Of a stretch of DNA of 64,000 nucleotides, positions 37,833 to 49,821 are shown piece by piece. Within the stretch, counting starts at the first letter, position 1. Every line of letters begins with the position of its first letter. A program made the position numbers and the translations under genes. Origin of the DNA: Lytechinus variegatus. Its lineage: Eukaryota. The notes below the pieces were generated by a model, which worked only from the letters and a program-made list of their open reading frames with translations, did no database searches and was not told the DNA's origin. Where the stretch lies: the NCBI RefSeq assembly GCF_018143015.1, contig NC_054742.1, positions 73,577,736 through 73,641,735 on the forward strand, read 5' to 3'.

Positions 37833-40020
37833 GTAAATATGTGAAGTAACAGAGTAATTCAAAACCATCTCATCTGAACAAATTGGTGATCTAATCAAGG
37901 GAATACTCTCTAGTCTGCAATCTCAGACTCATATTTGACACTTTTAACAAATGATATCATGTCTAGGGTAGAGACTAGACCTCCAGTGGTACAAGCAGTC
38001 ACAGTACAAGAGCAAATCTAGTCTCCCAATTACAGACTTTGCATAATGTGTGATGCAAAAACCAAAAAAATCTGGGCCTTCAGACTAAATACTGCAACTA
38101 GGAATTTTCCATCAAATTTTTTTTCTTAAAATTTCCAAGTGAAGAACAGAGTTATTACAGCAGGGAAAAGTTAGTTTCATATCTCTTTTATTTTTTTTTA
38201 GTACATTTATGTGTGAAATAGAAACTTGTGAGATTTTTCTGCTTGTGGTGTAAAAAAAGTTGTATTTACTGAGGAGTTGCTGATTTTGCTTGATCTTTGT
38301 CATAACTGGAGGTGAGTGTTGCAGTGTCAAGGAATAAAAGATAACTTGTGATTAGATTACGACAAGGAGTATCTGCTTACTATATTCCACATCTTTACTA
38401 CAAATCGTTTCGTACTTCATATCCGTGACCCTAAAGTATACATCAGCCATTTTACCTTTTAGGTTAAGCCTCCAAGTAGGCCTACAGTTCTGATCCCTAA
38501 TCTCGGCTATGGTCTTAAAGAATTTGGTGATCTGATTCAACCTTGTCGATGTATGACTGATACCTCCCACTGAACTTTACTTCTTATTAATATCAGAAAG
38601 AAATGTATAAAACTCAGTGGGTTGAATTAGTCATTTGTTCTCACATTGGAGCTTTGTTCTTTAGGCCTATTCTGAGTGAACTTTCTTAAAATGTTGTCCA
38701 ACTTAAGAAGCAATATATCAATCTTTGCTCATAAGCTGGATCATATTAGCTTCTTGATACAGTTAGTCATTTCTTTAGCTTTTATCTTTTTCTTTTTAAT
38801 ATTTAGTAAAATCTTTGAAATAAAATAAACAAGTTTGTGACTAATTCTCATCAGAAGGCAAATATATAGACCTTAAAGGGGGAAAGAAGGAAAGAAATTG
38901 TGGAAATGAGAAAATTCATGAAATAGATAGAGAGGGAGGTAGACAGACCAACACAAAGAAAATGTGTAAAGAAAGAAATAATTTTTAGAGATAATTAATA
39001 TTACGGTATGGGCCACAGCAAGAAACTCTTTAGATCCTGACTATGATAAAAAATGAAAATCTAAAGATACGGAGAAACTGATGAAAACAGACAATAATAT
39101 AATGCAACTAAAGATTAAATTGTAAATTGGAGCAGAAATGCTGTAGAATGGGAAGGAGACTGGAGTATCAGCCAATAGTTAGATGAAGATAAGACAGATG
39201 GAGTGAAGGATTGAGTAGAAGGGAGGGAAGAGGGGTGTAATCTTGGGATGCTTGCCAAGCCAAGTCATCAACCCCAGGACTAACCACTAACTCTTCAGAG
39301 TGTAAAATCTATATTGCTTGACCTTTGGGGAATATTAGAAGAAAACAAGGACCCATGTCCTCTCTCTCATCAGTGTCTGAGAGGATAAGGCCCTTCGATC
39401 CTTGGGGTATGATAGAAGTTACACATAACAAGACTCTTCTCCAGGACTACACCTCCCCCTCTCCTATAAAGGCCCTTAACAAAGTAAAATTCTAAGTGAA
39501 ATACTAAAAAATCAATAATTGAATACTGGCCCAGGACTGCCAACTACCACACCCCCACACCTGTAAGACCCTTCAATCCGTCTGCGGATGAATGAATAAA
39601 AAGTAACAATCAGATATAAGCTCTAAAAAAGATTGAAATGAAAGATATTTTAGAAGTACATGTAAATGGACCCTCGCTTGAGAAGTATGGGTACATGAAC
39701 TAGTTACACAAACTTTTTTAGAATAAAAAAAAATGTTATATTTTTATTATATAGTCTATTTCTCTTACATTCTTTTTTAATGAAACTAGTCTGAAATTTG
39801 CAGAAAAGTATTCTTAAAGTGTTATTGTAGACCTCGGAGGTATCTGTTCCTTCTTATTGAGCTATGTTATCTCTACACGATCTGACATCTTGTCTTTGTT
39901 AGAATGGTTGTATCTGACAGTTAAGATGTGTTTTTCTCTTGGCACGAAAGCTCGGGTTTAGATTAGGCTGGATAGGAGCTAAGGATAGGAGCTAGTTCCT
40001 TGATGGGCGCTCATGCACAG

Positions 40021-40158
40021 GGGGTGTGTTTCATGAAACAAAGTAGTCAGTAATATGCATTAACTACTGTTATAAGCTACTGAAATCCTTGCATCTGATT
40101 GGCTCAGATCTACTTAGTCATTGAAAATCACTAACAGGATGCCTCATGAAACTTTCCC
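40021..40158. mobile_element. short MITE family D (~120-140 bp) carrying a CTGATTGGCT (inverted CCAAT) core, copy
   Basis: TIR-like ends are ggggtgtgtttcatgaaac ... gcctcatgaaactttccc. The core is aagctactgaaatccttgcatctgattggctca. Confidence 0.6.
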
Positions 40159-42499
40159 ATGATTTGTCCGTAGGGGATGTGCGAAAATAAAGATTGCCCT
40201 TCCTGAGACTTGATTGAAAGGCATGCAGGCATCCATGAGTGTTTCATCTTCCAGCCCACCAGACTTCCCAAAGTGAAACCAAACCTCTTCGATTTTATTT
40301 CCTTACAGATCTCTAAACACTTCCTCCATATAGATCAGTGCCGGCCACACAAATATGTTGTTAGCCTAACAGTCATCCCAGTCACATCTTTCGGATCGTT
40401 CAGTCAAAACATTTATTTCAATGCATTGTTGCAACTTTAGGCATCGCTGCCACATTACCGGTTGTAACAGGGCCTCTGTTAGCACATTGTTAGCGCTAAC
40501 AACGTTTCTGTGCGGTCAGTACAGATGCTTATTTGTTGAGAAAGGAATGTGACCTAATCAATGAAGTGATTTCTTTTCTCTCTGTTTTAAGGTTTCTCAC
40601 AGGCATTTTAAGGAAAATTTAAATTAAGACCTCCTGTCTATAGAGACCACCTTTTACAGATTCCTTTCTTGAATGTTCTTTGTTTTGTACATTGCCATTT
40701 TTAATTTACTCTTTTAATTCCTCCATGGTTAAGAGCTAGAAGGTTGTTGCTTTGACATAAGGATTTGGGCATTATTGAATGGATTATTATGTTGTAGACT
40801 ACCGCTCATGTACCCGGAACTTTCTATTTTCTGCAATTATATTCTTTTATTGTCTGTACATTTTTTTTAACTCCAATTATCCTGCTCAAATGTAAGGATC
40901 AGTCTAGCTTTTTTTTTAACCAGGCTATTTGGAAAAAAATTGACTGCCTGCCAGAAATTATTTTGTCAAAATTTGTATTAATTCACAATAAAACATGTGA
41001 GACAAAGTAACATTTCTGACTGGCATTCAACACAGTGGTGTTATTTTTAACCTTGAATTCATGTTTTTTATCAATTTTCTTTAGAAAATCTAGTTTTCTG
41101 TTGACAGCCTTGTCTGTGGTCCATGTGTTAATCATCTTCTTGTTGTTCCTGTGTATTCCCCATCCTTCTTTCTACTTCAAACAGGGAATTGGTTTATATT
41201 TATATCGGAAGTACTCCTCTCAATACAGATGTAGATGCCATATGTCTAATGATTAAAGATGGATTTCAAGGTCAGAAATTTGGCTTTAGAGTATAGCCTC
41301 CCATGTCTGTGGACCAGGCAAGGATGTCAAAATTCAGTCTTTGAGGTTTCATTTTGTCATCTTTGAATAATTAAGTAACAATGAAGTAGAAATAATGTTC
41401 CCTTTTTACTTTTCATTTACTGATTTGACAACATTCTCTTGAAAATGAAAAAAAGGTCTCATTTACACCCTCCTACATGTTCTCCTTCACCTATTAAAGT
41501 CAGATGCTTTCCATGTTTAGATTCTGTATATATGTAGAGTGGAGATCGCCTGCTTGAGGAAAGACATTTTTGGTCATTGTCCTGGTAGAAATATATATGC
41601 AAATAAAACATTTTATGCTTAATGATAATCAAATTGCGTTATCCAGTGACTGCTTTTCTAGGTTAACAAGTCGACAGGCCGCTCATCCCGAGCAGAAATG
41701 CCATCTATCTTCTTGGTGACCTTGTGGCAGTATTTCCCTTTTCCTGGGAATAGGTACCATCCTCAGACGTCCATTGAGACACCCACTTCCTGGAGATCGT
41801 GTCTTGACCTTCAGGACGGGTTGCCTGCTCTGCGCTTGACCTGTCCGACAAGTGAAAAGATCTTCCGTTCCCCCTTCAGGATCCATTAAAGTCGGATGTT
41901 TTCCACTTTCCGTATTTAGATACTGTCGTTCATGCTTGCTGAAGATCATGGACTGCTGCAATAGAGTCATGTTTTCATTATACCATTATTAACTAATGAT
42001 TATTTATTTCATAGTCACTACTAAGTTTCTGTTTTGATGATTAGAATGCTTTGAAGCAAGTTTAGCTTTGCTGACTTTGTTAGCATCTCATAAAAGAGTC
42101 CTTAGTGTTTGTCTTCTTCTGCTACGGTGAGTGGTTATTCCTATTTCAAACATGTCAGCTTGTAGTAGTAAAACCATGATAAGCAGTAAATGAAAGAATA
42201 AAATGTTTACAGCACTTTAAGAATCTATTTTCACTTTCATATTCCGGGGCTGCCTAAATGCTCACAACGTATCCATTAGTTTTTGATTCTCATTGGGACA
42301 CACAAATGATGATGGCGATGATAATAAAAATAGTTATACTGACTTGCATTACATTACATAACTTACTTTATCAGAAGTCTCTTTTTGCTTTATGATAAAG
42401 CAGCTTAATTACCCTGGGCTTTAGCAGAACAGCTGTTACCTACTTACAGTATAGCATTCAAGAAATAAATGTCTGTCAAGTCTCCATTTACCTTTCCTG

Positions 42500-42600
42500 A
42501 GTCGAGAGTAGCACAATTTGGATGAATTTCTTGCTGAATGAAATTAATGTGTGGAGTGGGATTTGAACCTACGACCCCCTGATTAAGAGACAAGAGTTAG
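42500..42600 (-). mobile_element. tRNA-derived SINE fragment
   Basis: Matching sequence is gcacaatttggatgaatttcttgctgaatgaaatta...gggatttgaacctacgaccc. Confidence 0.5.
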
Positions 42601-43448
42601 AACTACGACATATCGTATCTCTATGGAAATTTGCAAAATGTCCTTTGAAAACAAAGGAGAACACACCAAATTGTCAAGAAATCAGTAAATTTATGAATAT
42701 ACATCATATCTAGAAAAAAATTGAACAAACATGCATTTTATATGTTGACTTTGCTGGCTTTCTCAAACACTTTGTAAGATGGTGCCCTGAATTCATGGTC
42801 CTGATAAGATTTAAAATCATTTGAAAGGGTGGGCAGATGAATAATTGAAACACAGGATAGTTTTCTCACAATTCATTTCCTACTCATCTTCCACAAATGG
42901 GGACAGCCTCTGTGTGGGTTGAGGTATCATTGGATTGATCATGGAAATATCAATGGATAATACAATCATTTCTTGCAGACGTTAGGAAGTACTTTATAGC
43001 CTCAATACGTCCTGTTTCAAAATCAAGGAAAGGGGGCGGTTCTTTGGTCACCATTAAAGACAGATTCAGAATGATCTATTTATGTACCTCTAATTTCATT
43101 TGACTTCTTTGGGATTGGTAAGAAGGCAGTGACAATTTCAGTTTCAAGTGGTCAGTGATGAAGTAAAGAGCAACGCAGAATATTTTTAAGAAAAACTAAT
43201 GATTATAAATAATAATAATAGGCATTTATATTGTGCCATGTATCTAGAAATAATCTATTGCGAGGCACATTGTTATTGTTAACTAGACTCTGGAATTTAA
43301 AATTAAGGATCAGAGAACTAGTGTGAAATGTGTAAATGAAACTCACAATTTTGTTCTTCTCTGACTTACAAGATGAAGTATTCTTGATTTGGAGTATTCA
43401 GTCTTTATCCTACTCTTAATTCTAATTAGATTCCACAACATTTCTCTA

Positions 43449-43742
43449 TGTGGAACGTTGTGGCCCAGTGGAATTGTCTTCTGACTTTGAAACAGAGGGT
43501 CGTGGGCTCAAATCCCAGCCATGGCGTAATTTCCTTCAGCAAGAAATTTATCCACATTGTGCTGCACTCAACCCAGGTGAGGTGAATGGTTACCCGGTAG
43601 GAAGAAATTCCTTGAATGCTTGAGCACCTTGGCAGCCCAGCTGAAGCCGGGGTTATAGTAATAGCAGGGCCCGCTGGAGAACAGTTTCAAAACTGAAGTG
43701 GCTTCCCTGGGTTAATATACCTATATTATTATTATATTATTA
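43449..43742 (+). mobile_element. tRNA-derived SINE, copy 3
   Basis: It is a full-length copy collinear with copy 1 and has an (ATT)n-like tail. Confidence 0.8.
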
Positions 43743-45252
43743 ACCAAGGTTTTAGAATAATTCAGGACGTTTAAACATTAGACTTTGCATGAATATGTAT
43801 AAAGACCAGAATATGCAACATAGGTGTTGATTACATCTTCTAGAGTCCAACAAATTTTTCTGGTCCCAGGAGATTTTCACATGTGAATCTTGAATGATCA
43901 TTGTAATGATGATTGTAATTCGTCCTTAGAATCATCGGACCTTTCACACGCTCACTCAAAAACTGTGATTTGAATTCAAATTCCCGTCATTAGCCTTATT
44001 TTTCACTGAAATCATCATTCATATTACAATTTTTTTACCGTGTGAAAGGACTGTTAGCCTTCTCTCATGTACTCAAGCCTCCCTCACCTCTCCAACCCAA
44101 CCAGCCTCCTGCTCAAGCCCTCTACTCGAGCCTCTCACTCTGCCTCCTACTCAGCTTTCCTCTCCTTCTGGTCTTTTTAAGGACTACACTCATTTCAAAA
44201 AGAATATTCTACTTCTCAACCTCTACTTTCTCTCCTTTCCAATTCACTTTCTCCATCCACTTTTATCTCAGCCCTTCCAGGACTTTACACATGGTGAACC
44301 ATAAACTACTTCCACAAATGTTCCAAATTATATTGCTTTTTAAAATGAAAGAATGGTTTCTTCCGAAAACAGTCAGCATATTAAGTTAATCTGTCAACCT
44401 TTTATTGTTGTGACTCATTCTGACAGCATCAATAGATGCTTTTATCAAGGAGAACTCCATTCATGATAAATCTAGCTGTTTACTGTTTGCCTGTAAGTTT
44501 TAAAACTTCTTCAGCGAAACTAAAGCAGGAACTGGAAGTCATTTATTTTTCCGAGCACAGTACAGTATCTGGATTGTTTTCTTGAAACGTAATTAAGTTT
44601 TCAGCAAGCTGATGTAGAAGTGAGATATTTTACAAAGACAGGAAGGTTGATAAAGGGTTGCCTGTTTGGGGAAGTGTGATGGCTAATTAATTAGGTTAGA
44701 TTGCTTGCAAGCCCTTGGGTAGTCCTCCAAAGCAGCAAATGAAGGGCACAGTTTCCTCTTCACAATGGTGTTAGAGCAGAGAATTTCCCTGTGCGTGTGT
44801 CCTGAACATGGATTTTATTTCTGTAGTTGAGGGAGTATTTATGTCCATAAAACTAGAATAAATTTGCCTAATTTGATGACTCTCATCCAGAAGCCAATGT
44901 ATTTAAATACTATAGAAGATTGCAATTTTCATGTGAAAAACATCAGCATGTCTTGATGAAACTTGTGCCTTTTTTGCTCTAAGAGTGCTTACTTGGCCCT
45001 TGAAATGTGGGTGTAAGGACTTGCAGAGAATGCCAGCTCATCCACATCAAGGGTGGGGCTCTCTGTTACCATGGCTTCATTGGGGGGTTCACTTCTGCCC
45101 CCCTGCGGGTGTCATGCATGAATTCTGTCATCTTGTTATGAGAAGATCATACAGGGGATGTGCTCGTTTAGAGGGAACAACCCATGTTTGCCTCCTCTCT
45201 TCTGCTCTCGTTTCAAAGTAATATCCATCTCATGTTTGCTTTATCCAAATCA

Positions 45253-45399
45253 GGGGCCCGTTGCAGAAAGAGTTGCGTTTAAACGCAAGTCAAAAAATCA
45301 ATCGCAAGTCCCAAATGCGCGCTGTTGATTGGTTGAAAATCAAGTTGCGCATGATTTTTAGAGTTGCGATTGATTGCAACTCTTTCTGCAACGGGCCCC
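45253..45399. mobile_element. palindromic MITE (~147 bp, TIR ggggcccgttgcagaaagagttgc)
   Basis: The 24-bp TIRs are perfect: ggggcccgttgcagaaagagttgc ... gcaactctttctgcaacgggcccc. Confidence 0.7.
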
Positions 45400-46764
45400 A
45401 GGCCTTATATATATCTTTTTTAAACATCTAGAGTCTTTTGCATCCTCCCTTGTTCTAAACATTTTTTCATGTTTTATTGCATAGTATACACAAAGAAAAG
45501 AGTAAAAAAGCAACACATCCGATACCAAATTAACAAAAACTTAACAATGAATCAGTTATTACAGCTTACCAAGGATTTATTTGCCTTTATGTTGCTTTCC
45601 CCCCATATCATGTTCTATTTCTTCAAAGGCTCTTATAAAAAGAAACCTGACAATGTTCATGATTGTAACCTAATTACCTTCTCCGTCTTGCCATCTTGTT
45701 TCATTTCATTGACATTTTCCACCAAATCCTTTGTCTCTTGGGCAGGTCACTAGGTTGCTACAAAATCTACAAAACTTTTGTTAGATGAAGGTGGAGCAAC
45801 ATGTTGCTATGGTAACCATGAAAGAAATGGGTCTAGTTTGTTCTTCCCTGAGGCAGTCGTGCATGGGTTGCATCATCTTGCTAAAGAGAAGGGAAGCATT
45901 CATTATAAGGTGAATGCTGAGTGCTAATCCTCATCCTTAATTTCTCATCTCTCTTTTTCTTTCACCATCTCCTATGTGGGTTCTTGATTTGTTCTGCAAG
46001 ATGATGCATCCTGGGACTGTTCCCATAGTTATGTGTGTTGTGTCTTGTCAGTGTTGTGCATTACCCCTATGATGTTGTTACAGTCTGATAGCAAGTATAC
46101 AAAGACTTGACTGTGGGAATGACGTGTGGCAGCGGTGGGATATAGCCTTTCTCCAATGATCAAGCCTTCCCTCCTTTTCCTTTGGTCATGCTAGTAATCA
46201 ACCTACCTGTCTCCATTATCTGTGTACAACCGCTTTTTCATCCTTGAATCTGATATGCATTCCATTACTGATGCAACTCAGCACAGAATCTTTTGAACGC
46301 TTTGGCGGTGGGGATATTTTGTGGCAGCAGTGGGATGTGGCCTGTCTTCAGTCATCAAACTTTACTTGTCCTCCTTTTCCGTTGGTCATGCTAGTGGTTT
46401 ACCTGTATGGCCAGAAATTAAATTTGATAACAAGGGTGGGGCTCCATACATCACCTTGCAGTTGTTCTGCAGGGTGCGCTTCATGCCCCCTTAGGAATAG
46501 AATTCAACTTTTTTTTTTGCTAACAGGAAAAAAATTTTCTTGAGTGTGTTTGATTACAATTTCTGTTGCTCCTTATTTTACTTTGATATTTCTTTGATAT
46601 TACTTTTTTTTTCCTAATTTTCTTCATTTTTCCTTGTCAATCAATTTATTAAGTGTGTTTCAATATCTCATGTAAACGATTTTCCTCTGTGAACTTTTAA
46701 TTTTATCCCACTAGATATGGATCAAATGCAGTTCTTTCATTTTAACTGATCTCTGAATCACATA

Positions 46765-47000
46765 ATGGCTGGTCTCATATTCTTCATCTTCTCCTTCTTT
46801 TCTCCCTCTTTTCTTTCTAATTTTCTTCCTTTTCCTCCCCTCTCCCTCTTCGAATTTTTCATTCCATTCGCCATTTTCTCCTCTTCCCCCTACATTTTAT
46901 CCTTCTGTTCTTTACTCATATCCAATCTTTTCCTTTTTTCTCAATTTTCCTCTTCTTTCTCCTCAACCAATCTCTCTTTTCTCTCAGTTTTCTTTTTGTT
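46765..47000. repeat. polypyrimidine (TC-rich) low-complexity tract
   Basis: Composition is tcttcatcttctccttcttttctccctc... Confidence 0.8.
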
Positions 47001-47589
47001 ACTCTAAAAAAAAAAAGAATGTGTGAAGATGTTTCTTTCTCGACTCCCTATCCCTTCATCATTACCTTCTTGGAGAAGTTTCTTTGGTTAGTCAGAGGTA
47101 TTATTGAAGGGTAGGGCTCCACCCATCCATCCATTCTGCTTGCTCTGGTGCATGTTCTACCCATTGAGCTCCCTGAAATATAAAGGACATCATCACTTCA
47201 CCAGACTTTAGAAAGGACTGAATCCATTTATAGATAGAACTGTTTGCATTTTTTATTCATTATTTCATTTTCTTTGCTTGTCTAAGTTTTGTGTTTCTTT
47301 TTTTAATCTTTTCTATGTTGGTCTCAGCCTTTTGGATTGTTGTGGGAAAGGCCTCTTTGGTAATGTCTCCATATTTTTAACCAGTCTAGTCTTGATAATG
47401 TTTCACAGCAAAGGAAGCTGCAGTCTGATGCTCAAAGGGTGAAGGTATCCCATGTAAGGCCCTCAAACCCTCAACTGTCCGACCTTCACACATCCTGATA
47501 GGGGCTCCCCTCATGTTTTTTCTGTCTACTTTAACAAATAAACTTTCTTTAGCAAAAAAAAAAAAATCTGAGCAAACTCATAAATGAAC

Positions 47590-47690
47590 TCAATTGAATT
47601 AAATTTCTTGCTGAAGAAAATTAATGCTACTACTGAGATTTGAACCAACAACCCTCAGATTAAAATGCAAGAGTCTGACTGAGTCACAAG
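47590..47690 (-). mobile_element. tRNA-derived SINE fragment
   Basis: Matching sequence is aaatttcttgctgaagaaaattaatg...gatttgaaccaacaaccctc. Confidence 0.45.
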
Positions 47691-48103
47691 ATAACAATGC
47701 TTAGCCAAACTCTCCAAGGACAGTCCCTGAACTAAAATTCTGGGGAGCATATGCCAGAAGAGAGACGTGGTTTCAATTTAATGGTTTATAATGGAGGCAT
47801 ATTTCTATTCTTCAAAACAAAGCTCTGGAGTATATATTTCATCTGTGTTTTATTAACATACAGTAGCAAGCACGAAAGGACCTGCTTTATGGTAGATGTG
47901 ACCAAGATAAAAAGACCTGTCTAACAATGAAACCCTTTAGGACCGAGGCTTCCTGTCTTTCATGAGCGGTTTTCTTTTCTGATCCCTAGCACCAACAGCC
48001 ACATATGTAACTAATATTAACCCCTCATCATGCCAAATAAATATGGAGAGTCCATATATGTGTATTCGCCCTTTTTTCATTTTCTGTAATTAATACCCCT
48101 TTC

Positions 48104-48486
48104 ATAAACCCAATTATGCGGCTAATAGCAGCATAATTTGGTCGTAAAATTTGAGGAGAACAAGAGTAATCCGCATTATTTCGATGCTGCAATTATCCCC
48201 ATAATAGCAGCATCGGGACCAGATTTTGACTTTATGAATGCATTTCCACAGTAATGCGGATAATTGCCATGGTGCAGTCACAAGGTCACCCTTTTTTTCA
48301 ACTTTTTCAACACAACCGCAATGGAGGGGGCGTGTCCAGTTGTCATGACGATTATCCGCCTTCTTCAGGACGCGCGCTCGTAAAAATGATGCGGCTTATT
48401 TTCGGAGTTTGTGAACGCAATTTTTATTGAATTATCCGCATTACTCTCAGGCGGCTAATTGGAGGATAGGTTTATGAAAAGGGTAT
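48104..48486. mobile_element. MITE family B, copy 3
   Basis: It has the same TIRs and is near-identical internally to copy 1. Confidence 0.8.
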
Positions 48487-49124
48487 TAGTACTAATTTGG
48501 CAAGTTCATGATAACTTTACAAAAAAAAACTTGTTTGAATAAAACGTGATTACCAGCAAGTGTTTTGTATTAATTAAAGTGATGTGGAAATTTATTCTGG
48601 TAGAATATGGATAAGTGCTTGGTAAGATTAAAGGTATAGTGTGACATTGGTTGACAGTCAAGTAATGATTATATTTGCCCACTTTTACCTATCTTGTTCT
48701 CTGTGATAGTTATAGTTGTGGAATTGCTGACGCTAAGTCGGATTCGAAAGATCTAGAACTCTGATTCACCTCGATTCGAGAGATTTTTATCTCAAAATCA
48801 TTTGTCACTGCAACTACCCGAGTCTGGCTTTAGCACAACTGTTATGACAACAGGTTCATGATCTCATACTTGTCTTACATCTGTAATAAAGCAATTAACT
48901 TTGGGCTGTAGGTTTAGCTGGAACAGGGAATTGGATGAGTTTAAGAATTGCAGTATGACCGTGGTGCCGCTACACAAAATTTGATTAACTGGAGCCAGCA
49001 ACCTTGACATATTGACCTGTTTGACATCACACTTCATTATTCTAGTTAGAGAAAGTGTGAAATTGGACATGAATCATGCATGCTTGTGTTTTGGTTGCCT
49101 GGGATCCAAGTAATGGAGGAGGAC

Positions 49125-49500
49125 CTACTTCTGTGACAAGCTACTGAAATCCTTGTATCTGATTGGTGGCCAAGACGATATTGCTCCCATGAAACACCAT
49201 CACCATCCCGTCAATATTAGCATTCAGTCAAGCAACACAAAAAATGTCAGATATGATCACAGACATGATTTTCACCAGGGGCCTGTTTCATAAAACTAGT
49301 TATAATACCAAATTTGCAATAACAGATTAAAGCTATTGAAATCCTTCAATGTGATTGGATGATAGTGACTTTGTTATAGAAATTTTGCATTTGTTATGGT
49401 AAGAAGTTTTTATGAAACCTGACCCAGCTGCTGATACAAGCTACTCAAATCATTGCATCTGTTTGGCTGAGATTGAATTCGACGGTGAAATCACTACATA
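49125..49500. mobile_element. cluster of three family D-like copies
   Basis: Three cores occur: aagctactgaaatccttgtatctgattggtgg (49140), aaagctattgaaatccttcaatgtgattggatg (49330) and aagctactcaaatcattgcatctgtttggctg (49437), with gtttcataaaac / ttttatgaaac ends. Confidence 0.5.
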
Positions 49501-49821
49501 TTATGCTGAAGGGTATGCTCCCATAATTTAATAAACACCATCTCCATCCCCTCGTGAAAAGTATTTAAAATACCAACAACAACAACAAAAACTGTCAAAC
49601 TTATTATGGAATGACATCATAGCATTCAGTATTGTGCAGGAATTCTGAGCATGATTTTTATCGAGTAACCAAGTTAAACAAGTTTAAATAGATTGTTTTC
49701 GTAGCTTTATTCTTTTACATACACACTCATAATCGAGGAATTCAGTTAGGAAGAAGAAGGCGAGACATGAATTATGGGTAATGAACAGGAGGAGGGTAAA
49801 GGAGGGTTGGTATAAAATAGG

